A stretch of 24,341 nucleotides of DNA. Source: a virus (taxonomy: Duplodnaviria > Caudoviricetes). Below, piece by piece: positions 6,292 to 14,964 of this stretch (position 1 is the first letter of the stretch; each line of letters begins with the position of its first letter). The position numbers and the translations under genes are program-made. A model generated the notes under the pieces. That model saw only the letters and a list, made by a program, of their open reading frames with translations, had not been told where the DNA came from and did not search any database. The DNA lies in the IMG/VR virus record IMGVR_UViG_3300025151_000294, positions 1 through 24,341 of that record. One strand, given 5' to 3'.

Positions 6292-7535
6292 CGTCCAGTA
6301 CCAGCTATTCCAGCATTCTTTGTTATAGCAGCTATTAGCTCTGGGTCAGCCTGAGATAAAGATGTATCGGTTAATCTTTTTATTTTAAAACCACCTTTAT
6401 AATTCTTTTTCATAACTTCAGGAGTATATTCTGAAACCCTTATACCCCCTGTAGATTCTGTCCCTGTTACATAAGATGTAGCACCAGCGGATTGATTACC
6501 CCCTATTGCTATAATAGTACCGTCTTCTCTTATTTCTAATACAACGGAGACGTGACCTTTTGCACTACCTTTAGGATACAAAAAGTCTCCATTTTTTTGA
6601 CGTGCACCATCTTGTCTGTTGTTAAAGACCACAATATCCCCTGCCCTAACATCAGAAGGGGTTCCGAAATATGTTTTACCTGTAGTTGGGTTGTGGTTAT
6701 AGACATCCTCACCAATAAACTCATAGTTTTGGGAACCTGCTCTATATTGTACAGCCGCTTCAGTTAATTTACCCCCTGATTTAAGTATTAGACTTCCTAA
6801 TAAATCAGCACACCAAGGTGTTTTAGAGGGGTCAATACCCATACCAAAGTTTTTATAAGCTTCTATAAATCTTGGGTCTTTTTCGTCAGCCCCTATTAGT
6901 CCACTTCTAGCATAGTACTCTATAAAATTCTCACCCTTTTTAATATCTGGAATAGTTCCATCCCAAGTAGCAGAATCAAAAATAACTAAATTAACATCCT
7001 CTGTTGTTTCTGGAGGACTATCTTCAAGTTCATCTTGGACAGCCTCATCATATCCTGTAGGAAGAGTGTCAATAACATTTTGAACTTCTGGTTTTGTTAT
7101 AGGCTGAATACCCTCAGGTCTAGCTCTAGGACGTAGGCTAGAGATTTCAGGTTCAGGTCTAGCCTTAGGACGTAGACTAGATATTTCTTCAACTATAGGT
7201 TCTACACCCTCAGGTCTAGCCTTAGGACGTATCACTTGTCCTTCTTCTTGTTGCTGTTCCTGAGGTCTTTCCTGTGGGACACTAAGGTCTATAGATGGGG
7301 TAGCTTCAGGGGTCTTTAAAGGAGCCAACTGCATTGGCCCTCTAGTTCCTTCATCCATTTTTGGTGCAGCCACCTTAGGTAGTTGCTGAGGTCTATTAAC
7401 TTTAGCTAAGGGAACAGGACTAGGCATAACACCCTGATCCGTAGCAGGTTGTTGTATAGCTTCAGGTGGTTTAACCATGACAGTACCCATACCCTGAGGC
7501 TTTAATGTCTTAGCTTGTTGTATGAAAGAGGCCAT
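6288..7535 (-). CDS. Peptidoglycan hydrolase with C-terminal CHAP/NlpC-P60 (TIGR02594-like) domain and Pro/Gln-rich N-terminus
   Basis: TPWCA (Cys), GDIVVF, GHV (His) and GGNQS motifs. Start placed at ATG 7535, just after the upstream stop; an in-frame ATG also exists at 7628. Confidence 0.8.
   Translation of the reverse strand: MASFIQQAKTLKPQGMGTVMVKPPEAIQQPATDQGVMPSPVPLAKVNRPQQLPKVAAPKMDEGTRGPMQLAPLKTPEATPSIDLSVPQERPQEQQQEEGQVIRPKARPEGVEPIVEEISSLRPKARPEPEISSLRPRARPEGIQPITKPEVQNVIDTLPTGYDEAVQDELEDSPPETTEDVNLVIFDSATWDGTIPDIKKGENFIEYYARSGLIGADEKDPRFIEAYKNFGMGIDPSKTPWCADLLGSLILKSGGKLTEAAVQYRAGSQNYEFIGEDVYNHNPTTGKTYFGTPSDVRAGDIVVFNNRQDGARQKNGDFLYPKGSAKGHVSVVLEIREDGTIIAIGGNQSAGATSYVTGTESTGGIRVSEYTPEVMKKNYKGGFKIKRLTDTSLSQADPELIAAITKNAGIAGTGR
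7111..7231. repeat. Three near-identical 22-nt intragenic repeats encoding RP(K/R)ARPE
   Basis: TCAGGTCTAGC(TC/CT)TAGGACGTA at 7114-7135, 7153-7174 and 7210-7231. Confidence 0.9.
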
Positions 7536-7542
7536 TATGTTC

Positions 7543-9474
7543 TCACTTCTGTGCCAAAATACCAGTATCAGGATCAATAAACCAACTATCCTCAGGTAGT
7601 TTATCGAACTCAGTCTGTTGTTCCTCATCGGTTTGCCCTGAGAAAGTATAAGGATTATCCTCTGTATACTCTACACCAGCCGTAGGTACCTCAGTAGGAG
7701 AACCTAGTCTACGGAGAAGCTCATCATATTTGTTGATACCTGACATAAGCTTGTCAGCTTTTCTAACAGCCTCATTTATTCTCTCAAAGTCTAGGCTTGT
7801 TCCTTTGAACTCACGTCTTGTTTCCATAGGAATCTTACGACCTAAGTCTCTATACATTTCCATGAGATCGTTATTATAGTAGGTGTTAGCCAAGTCTTTT
7901 ATTTTGAACAGAACTTGCTCACCTCTTTGAGAGAAAGAAGTAATAGCTCCTTCATCTAGTATAACCTGACCTTGATCCCCTACAGTCAGGAATTTATTTT
8001 CAGGGTCTTTTAGTGAACCATAAACTGCTAAAGCGTATGATGATTTTTGGAAGCGTAAAGCATTTGCTATACGTTCTTTGGTTATCAAGTAGGAATCATT
8101 GTCGTATTGCTTGAGCTTCCTTAGTTTATTAAAGGTATCCTCTGAGAATATCCTAGCTATAGTTGCATCATCTATAATACTAGACGACGTTACCATATTG
8201 ACAGAAATAATCTCTAAGCCTTTGACAAAGTTTTCTCTAGCAAAATCTTCAGCCATTGTCTCAGGTGTGAATAGAGATACCTGATTGAGATAGGCAAAGT
8301 CGATAGCTTCTTTACGGTCTTTAGGTTTTCTCTTTTCTGCTGCTGCAATAGCTTCCTGAGTGTGCAGAATCTCTGTTGGCGTGAGTGTAGACTCTTCTAC
8401 GTTCTGGCTTACCTGTTCAGCTAACTCAGGGAAGACAGGAAGAGGGGTAAACTCTACGCTTTCAGGTGAGATATTCTTGGTAAGCTCCATAACCTTAGGT
8501 AGGTTGCTTGCAATCCAAGTCTCAGACACCTTATCTAAGTTACTCAAGATAGAGAACGCAGCAAGAGGGTCATCCATAGTCTTAGCTTGCAAAGCTATGG
8601 CCTCTGTCAGAGGAGTAACGATACCAGCTTTAACCTTCTTCAGTCTCTCCTCATCGTATGTCTCAAGTCTGACCAAGAGTTGATCCAAGGTATCGATCTG
8701 ACTCTTTACATTTTGCCAATCATCATCTTGAATTAGAGGTGGCTTAACGAATTGACTTTTGACTACATCAAATCTAGCCCTCAGTTGCATGATGCTGTCA
8801 GGACTGACGTTACCCCCTGCTAGTTCTATATCCAGACCCATCAAGGCAAGGTTTCTTACATTGTCTAGAGCCATTGTAGCTTGAGGTAGATAAGAGGAGT
8901 AGAACTCAGACCTATTTACGTTCTTAGAATTAGTCAAGTACAAAGCTGCTGCCTCGTTCTTCTGCACTTGACCGATAGCCTCTACAAGTATATCCTGTTG
9001 TGTATACGGGTTGCCTGTAGCAGCTAGAGTTTGTTCTGCAAGAGCAAGGTATGCAGGGTTCTCTGCTATCTTCTTGCTGACTAGGTTTAAGGCTTCTTGC
9101 TGAGGGTTTACATTGAGGTAATCAACATCAATACCTGTCTGCATCTTGATAAGCTTAGATGCGTTAGCATCAATTTCAAAACCTTGGGCTGAGTACTCAG
9201 ATATAAGGGAGTTGACAGAAGACCTGAGTTGAAGACCCTCTTGTCCTTTTAACTCTTGTAGGTCTTTAGCAAAGTTTCCGTACATCTCACGGTCAATAGA
9301 GGCTTGTGTCTTCTGTTTACCAGAGGACATCATGCTGTCCATGACACTGAAGAGACCTTTACCTAAACCTTCTATTGCTTTGGCAGAGGCACCTAGCTCA
9401 GTTGCACTAGGCATCGTGACACCCTGTGCGTATTGAGCACCAGCCTCACCTAAATCCATTGCATATCCAGCCAT
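7543..9474 (-). CDS. Putative internal virion (ejection) protein, 643 aa
   Basis: Helical composition, AAGGA RBS, and position after the largest core protein. Function inferred from synteny. Confidence 0.6.
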   Translation of the reverse strand: MAGYAMDLGEAGAQYAQGVTMPSATELGASAKAIEGLGKGLFSVMDSMMSSGKQKTQASIDREMYGNFAKDLQELKGQEGLQLRSSVNSLISEYSAQGFEIDANASKLIKMQTGIDVDYLNVNPQQEALNLVSKKIAENPAYLALAEQTLAATGNPYTQQDILVEAIGQVQKNEAAALYLTNSKNVNRSEFYSSYLPQATMALDNVRNLALMGLDIELAGGNVSPDSIMQLRARFDVVKSQFVKPPLIQDDDWQNVKSQIDTLDQLLVRLETYDEERLKKVKAGIVTPLTEAIALQAKTMDDPLAAFSILSNLDKVSETWIASNLPKVMELTKNISPESVEFTPLPVFPELAEQVSQNVEESTLTPTEILHTQEAIAAAEKRKPKDRKEAIDFAYLNQVSLFTPETMAEDFARENFVKGLEIISVNMVTSSSIIDDATIARIFSEDTFNKLRKLKQYDNDSYLITKERIANALRFQKSSYALAVYGSLKDPENKFLTVGDQGQVILDEGAITSFSQRGEQVLFKIKDLANTYYNNDLMEMYRDLGRKIPMETRREFKGTSLDFERINEAVRKADKLMSGINKYDELLRRLGSPTEVPTAGVEYTEDNPYTFSGQTDEEQQTEFDKLPEDSWFIDPDTGILAQK

Positions 9475-9483
9475 AGTTTTTCC

Positions 9484-12400
9484 TTAATACATTTGTTGCT
9501 GAAGAAGACCAGCAGAGTAGCCTAGGTTCAGTTTGTGAGCATTTCTCATTATGTCAGGTATTTGACCTGCGTTTATAAGACTATTCTGAAGAGATATTTT
9601 TAACTCGTTAGTCAGAGGCATAGACCACAACTCATCATTAATCTCTTCCCAAAGTTTAGAACCTCTTAGGAAGTCCTCTTGGTCACCTTCTGTCAGTAAA
9701 GACATAGCTCTATCAGCCTTGGCCTTTAGTCTTGTTCTTATCTCACGGTACTTCTCGTTCTTCTTGAAGACCATCTCTTGATAATCGTAGTAGTTCTGTA
9801 CAGGTGCAGGGGTAGCACCCATAAGTACAGCAGCAGCATCTCTAGTTGTCAAGCCACCAACTACTAGCCTACGTGTACGGCTACGATAGTTACCAGTTTC
9901 TATGAGTTCCCTAATCTTTACGACCTTATCGACAGTAGACAAGTTACGGACTAACTGTGTCAAGTCTTCACGTACCATTTCAGTACGTCCACCAAGCATA
10001 GCTCTAATAGCATTGATACCAGCAGAGTAAAAGTCTTCTGCGATCTCACCTGATGGACCGAATAGAGTGGTGATCAGGCTTTCATCAAAGAGCTTACGAT
10101 AGGTATCTGTGACCTGACCTAGAGGTGCAGCCCTTTGTGCGTATGCTGTCTCAGTGCCTAGACCCCAACCTAGAATCTGGTCAAACAATCCGTACTTGAC
10201 CATGTTGTGCATCTCTACAGCCTGAGGGTCATCTGAGGCATAGCCCATTTTCTCTGTGACATACCCTGCTGTACGGCCTATACCAAGTCCTGTCAAGCCC
10301 CACATTGGCCCCATAACTAGAGCCATACGTGCTCTCTCACCAGCAGTAAAGTTACGGCCTACAACTATGTTCTCCATAGCTCTGAGAGAGAAGGTTAACC
10401 ACTGAGTAGGTACTCTCATCGGACCTGACTGAGCAAAACTTCTAGATGCTGAGGTCATACGAAAGGTGAGGTCTTGTTCTCTATTGGTAATCCAAGTCTT
10501 ACCTGAGGGAGACAGAGGATCAATGTCAGGACGCTTGGCTCTGTGCTCAAGGAATGCTGTAATAATCCCTGTCATACGAGAGAAACGTTCACCCTCTCTA
10601 AAGAAGATAGTAGACTTATCTAAAAGTTTTCCAACTGATGCTTGAGCTTTACCCGTAAGAGTGCTAGCCGCACCAAACTTTTGAGGAGCTTGGAGTTCGA
10701 TAACTTGGTTGTCAATGATATTCCTTCCACTCTCATCTATGTATCTGACAAGAGTATTTAACTCATCCTCAGACAGACCTGACATACCAGCTAGACGTTT
10801 GATTGCTGTCTGTCTAGCAGCACCTTTAGTGTTTGCTATAACAAACATAGGTGTCGTAAGACCTAGTGCTTTGATGCCACTGGTAGGAGAGATACCTGCG
10901 ATAGTAAGACTATGCAAACCCTGAAGCATAAACTGGTCTGGGTTCAAGAAACCAAACTTAGAGTAGAAGCCAACTTTCAGTAGCTGAGATGAGGGGTCAG
11001 TAGCAGCTAAGTCCCACTTGAATCCTGTCTTTTCAAAGACAAACTCAGTAGCTGACCTTGTAAATGCCTCCCACTTATCTGACAGCCAAGTAGGTTGATT
11101 GAGCCTACGCTTGATGACATCCTGTGTCTCACGTAGTTGTGCAGCTACATCGTTAAACTTACCTGTCTTAGTGACCTCAGCTTCCAAAAGTCTACCCAAG
11201 AAGTCATTCTTAGGGAGAGCACTAACTCTATCCCAATTCTTAATGAGTCCTTGGTTAGCCTCTGCTAGCTTATTCCAACCAACTAAAGCACTCTGTGAGG
11301 CTGCACGATTAGCATAGCCAAAAGCTTCAGAACCAAACTGGTCAGCGATAGCTGATATTGGGTTAGCGTTTGTAGCTGACTTACCACCAAACTCAATGAG
11401 AGGTGTGTCACCACGTTTCATGCCAAGGTTATTCATCTTGACACTTACGTCTTCACCTACTGACAAACCAAAGCGAGTAGGGTCACCACCAGCATCACTT
11501 ATAGAAATCTTTTCGTCCCTAGCTTTAGCTACAAACTCTTCTGTGAAGTTAAACTTGTGAGCTTGAGCTAGCCTTTGCAAGTCCTCTAGGTCAGTGACGT
11601 GTTTGTTCCATGTGTTGTTGGCTCTGATGACGTTACCTAGCTCATCATAGTCAGCTTTGCTTAGGCTAAGTTCTGCAATATCATCAATGCCGTTCTCATC
11701 TAGGAGTTTCTTAACTTCACGTGTTATATTATTTAGCTGAGTTCTAGCTAATAGTATCTGATCCTTACCAAAAGAACCTAGTAGAGTTTTGAATCCTATG
11801 GATACCTGCTTACCTGAGGCCAGCCTTTGCTCTTTGGCAGTACCCAAGAACCAACGGAACTCAGAGTTAGTACGAGGACCACCGATATTGTACGGCATGA
11901 TGTCTACTCGTTCTAAAACTCTGACACCCTTAGGGTTGACAAAGTATAGATGGTCCATGAATGTCTCAGGAACCTTGTAGACTATCTGGTCACCCTTAAG
12001 TTTATCCTTACGGATTGGCCTTAGGGTAGCTAGATCAAGAATAAACTCGTCATCTATCTGGCTCTGAGCTACCTTGTAGGCTACATTACCAAACTCGTCG
12101 GTCATCTCAAGGAAGACACCATCAGCAGCCACGGCTCTCTTCAGTCTCTCAGAAGATTTAATCTGCCAAGTGGTGTCTAGGATGTCGATAAGAGCCTCGT
12201 AGCCTTCCGTAGTAGCTTTGCTGGGGGCAGACCCGTACATAGTTTTATACATGGCCTCAAAGCTAGCTACAGAAGGAGCCTGACGCATATGAGATAGCTC
12301 ACCATCACGTAGCTGCGTCATGAAGTCTGACAGGTTTTCTAGTTCTTTGCCTTTAACCTTGTTTATTTTCTTTTGGTATGGCTTTACGAGGTCACCTATG

Positions 12401-13935
12401 AGAGCCTGACCAGACTCAGCCTGTAAGAACTTGGCACCTAGCTTGTCACCTAGGCGAACCGTAGCTGCACCAAAGACTTTATTGATAGAATCTCTGATAA
12501 AGTCAGACTTTTGTACGATCTGCATAGACTCAGGTAGGTCAGAGATGTCAAGTCTTTTCTCTGTCTCTAAGTACCAGCCACGTCCCTCTTCCCTTTTGAC
12601 TACCTTTAGTGCAGGGTCATTCTTAGCTATGGCCTCTGCGTCCATCTTACGTCTGAAGAAACCACCTGTCTTGTCCTTACCCATACGGACTACGATCTTG
12701 TAGTCATCTGAGCCTTCGTCAACTACAGACAAGGGTTTGACAGAACGAGTAAGAGCTACGTTGTTTGTCTTCTTAGCTATACTCTGTGCTGTTCTAAGGG
12801 CTAATGCTTCGATACTGGCTCTAGGTACGTACTCACCAAAGGTACCTCTTCGGTTAGCTAGCTCTAACTCTTCTGTGAGCCTAGTCTTTACTGTGTGATC
12901 TCTTACTGTGGCACCTGAGGGACGAGCATTTGGCCCAGAAACAGGGTCTAGTTCCTCTGGTAGTGTACGTCCAGCGTTGATCTCGTCTGTCTGAGCACCT
13001 ATATCATCCACTAACTTTGATGCTACACCTGCTGCTTGTACCTCATCACCTAGTGTAGCAATCACATCAACAGGTTTTTTAGCCTTAGTGACACCTAAAA
13101 CTTTACCTGTCTGTCTAGCCAAGGCAGAGGCTGGCTTTGTGACAAGCCTTGATGTCCCAAGTGTAGCTATATCAGCAGCACCAAACAACGCATAGACACC
13201 AGACATAGGGTCATCCCCTAGGTAGGTGGCATCATTAGCTGTCTTGTACAAGTTCCAGATACTATCTGAACTAAAGATACCTTCGTCCTTACGTTCATCA
13301 ATGTACTCTAAAGCCCACTTCTCGAACTCTTCAGGTTTCATCTGGTTGAATGCAGCCCTGATAGTCTCACCTTCACGGTTAGACCTAAGGGTTACGTTCT
13401 CAAATGCACCGATAGTAATCTCTCTGAGGACATTGACATCGAAGAAACTAAGTACTTTACCTATGCCACTCTGGTCATTCTCTTCGATGGCCTGTTGCAT
13501 CAACCTGTTCCATGTCTCCATGTTGGTCAGGGTTCTAGCTGCATAAGGGTTTATGTCACCATCAGAGAGCATAAGGTGTTGAACCAACATGTACTCACTA
13601 AGAGACATGTCTTCACCCTTTTCCTTACGTTCTTCGATGATAGCTGCTATAGTCTCAGGCGGTAGACCATCCTGATAGGCTTGATTGATAGCTAAGGCAT
13701 AGTCAAAGTTGAGACTTTCGTTCTTAGCTATAACCTCTGAGCTATCGTCTCCTACCTCACGTTCAGCTTCTATCTGATCTACAGGTAAATCTGTAGCGAT
13801 AGAAATCTCCTGAGCCTTAGTCCTTTCGACTTGACTATTAGGGTTGTAAGGTTTATTGATCTGAGGACCAACGAGAGATTCCATGAGGACTTGCTCATTG
13901 AATATCTGATCATCAAGAGTGAGGAGGGATACCAT
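9484..13935 (-). CDS. Large internal virion (ejection) protein, 1483 aa
   Basis: Largest ORF, Ala/Gly-rich helical C-terminus, and the position expected for a podovirus ejectosome protein. Confidence 0.7.
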   Translation of the reverse strand: MVSLLTLDDQIFNEQVLMESLVGPQINKPYNPNSQVERTKAQEISIATDLPVDQIEAEREVGDDSSEVIAKNESLNFDYALAINQAYQDGLPPETIAAIIEERKEKGEDMSLSEYMLVQHLMLSDGDINPYAARTLTNMETWNRLMQQAIEENDQSGIGKVLSFFDVNVLREITIGAFENVTLRSNREGETIRAAFNQMKPEEFEKWALEYIDERKDEGIFSSDSIWNLYKTANDATYLGDDPMSGVYALFGAADIATLGTSRLVTKPASALARQTGKVLGVTKAKKPVDVIATLGDEVQAAGVASKLVDDIGAQTDEINAGRTLPEELDPVSGPNARPSGATVRDHTVKTRLTEELELANRRGTFGEYVPRASIEALALRTAQSIAKKTNNVALTRSVKPLSVVDEGSDDYKIVVRMGKDKTGGFFRRKMDAEAIAKNDPALKVVKREEGRGWYLETEKRLDISDLPESMQIVQKSDFIRDSINKVFGAATVRLGDKLGAKFLQAESGQALIGDLVKPYQKKINKVKGKELENLSDFMTQLRDGELSHMRQAPSVASFEAMYKTMYGSAPSKATTEGYEALIDILDTTWQIKSSERLKRAVAADGVFLEMTDEFGNVAYKVAQSQIDDEFILDLATLRPIRKDKLKGDQIVYKVPETFMDHLYFVNPKGVRVLERVDIMPYNIGGPRTNSEFRWFLGTAKEQRLASGKQVSIGFKTLLGSFGKDQILLARTQLNNITREVKKLLDENGIDDIAELSLSKADYDELGNVIRANNTWNKHVTDLEDLQRLAQAHKFNFTEEFVAKARDEKISISDAGGDPTRFGLSVGEDVSVKMNNLGMKRGDTPLIEFGGKSATNANPISAIADQFGSEAFGYANRAASQSALVGWNKLAEANQGLIKNWDRVSALPKNDFLGRLLEAEVTKTGKFNDVAAQLRETQDVIKRRLNQPTWLSDKWEAFTRSATEFVFEKTGFKWDLAATDPSSQLLKVGFYSKFGFLNPDQFMLQGLHSLTIAGISPTSGIKALGLTTPMFVIANTKGAARQTAIKRLAGMSGLSEDELNTLVRYIDESGRNIIDNQVIELQAPQKFGAASTLTGKAQASVGKLLDKSTIFFREGERFSRMTGIITAFLEHRAKRPDIDPLSPSGKTWITNREQDLTFRMTSASRSFAQSGPMRVPTQWLTFSLRAMENIVVGRNFTAGERARMALVMGPMWGLTGLGIGRTAGYVTEKMGYASDDPQAVEMHNMVKYGLFDQILGWGLGTETAYAQRAAPLGQVTDTYRKLFDESLITTLFGPSGEIAEDFYSAGINAIRAMLGGRTEMVREDLTQLVRNLSTVDKVVKIRELIETGNYRSRTRRLVVGGLTTRDAAAVLMGATPAPVQNYYDYQEMVFKKNEKYREIRTRLKAKADRAMSLLTEGDQEDFLRGSKLWEEINDELWSMPLTNELKISLQNSLINAGQIPDIMRNAHKLNLGYSAGLLQQQMY

Positions 13936-14501
13936 TAGATTGCTTGATTCTGAGGATAATATGTTTTTTGAGGAGAAGGGGAGGCTGTAGGAACATTAGA
14001 AAGACCACCTAGCCCACCAATAGCACTAGCCAAGGTAAAGCCTAGACTACCCCTTGCAGAATACATTTGAGATAGACCACCTAGATAAGAGGCTTGACCT
14101 GTTAAACTTGTGTACTCAGAACCTAGACCTGACATCATAGTACCGTAACCTAGGTTAGCCCCTAGTTGAGACGTAAGGGAGGCCATACCACCTAAGAAAC
14201 CAGACCCACCTAGCTGTTGTTGAGTTGCTGCCTGTGCTCTAGCTCTACCCCTAGCGATAATAGTTTGTCTAACAGCACTGCGTCTTTGTCTTGCAGCCTG
14301 TTCTCTTTGCATTTTAACTTGAGTTTCTGCTGCTTGTCTCTGTACCTGAGCAGATTGTCTAGCTGCACTTGCTGCCCTTTGTGTCTGATCGATACCATAA
14401 GCAGTAGCTCCAACTGCTGCTGTTGCAGCAACACCTGCTGCTGTTACACCAGTAAGACCAAGAGCACCTAGGCCCGTTGCTATAGCTGTAAATACTGCCA
14501 T
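13935..14501 (-). CDS. Small internal virion protein (T7 gp14-like role)
   Basis: Hydrophobic Gly/Ala N-terminus, Gln/Ala/Arg coiled coil, Gly-rich tail. Follows the GNAT gene as in T7-like gene order. Confidence 0.65.
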   Translation of the reverse strand: MAVFTAIATGLGALGLTGVTAAGVAATAAVGATAYGIDQTQRAASAARQSAQVQRQAAETQVKMQREQAARQRRSAVRQTIIARGRARAQAATQQQLGGSGFLGGMASLTSQLGANLGYGTMMSGLGSEYTSLTGQASYLGGLSQMYSARGSLGFTLASAIGGLGGLSNVPTASPSPQKTYYPQNQAI

Positions 14502-14502
14502 A

Positions 14503-14964
14503 CTATACTTCCTTTATATAGGCTGTCTCTGTAGGTCTAAAACCTTTTCTTCTAAAAAGAATACCAGCCTTGCTTCCTAGGACTTCATCTAAGGTTGACA
14601 ACCTGACAAACTCACATCCGTTTTCTTTTGACCAGACTACATATTGATCTATAAGTTTTGGCCCTGTCTTTCCGTTTCTATGCTCAGGTTCTATCCAGAA
14701 CATTAACTCTTGTGCGAAGGTGAGATTATTAATAGGTAGGCTGCTGATTACTCCGATTAGAGAACCTACGATTTCTCCTTCGTGTTCTACAATCTTGACA
14801 AGACCTAGTTCGTGTCTGATCAGATTTGTAAGTAACTCGCTTACTTTGTTAGCTTCAAAACTTTTCCAAGCTGGGTGAGGTATTTCCTTACAGAACTGTT
14901 TGACTGCTATTACAACTTCTAATACGTCCTGTTCGGTTGCATCACGTATTGTATATTCTGACAT
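14503..14964 (-). CDS. GNAT-family acetyltransferase-like protein
   Basis: IRDATEQD, ELMFWIEPEHRNGKTG (acetyl-CoA motif A) and FRRKGF motifs. Confidence 0.85.
   Translation of the reverse strand: MSEYTIRDATEQDVLEVVIAVKQFCKEIPHPAWKSFEANKVSELLTNLIRHELGLVKIVEHEGEIVGSLIGVISSLPINNLTFAQELMFWIEPEHRNGKTGPKLIDQYVVWSKENGCEFVRLSTLDEVLGSKAGILFRRKGFRPTETAYIKEV

Noticed and set aside
7111-7231. Repeat-spacer-like pattern as a possible mini CRISPR array
   Set aside because: Only three 22-nt units with unequal 17- and 35-nt gaps, all in frame within a protein linker, and no cas genes.
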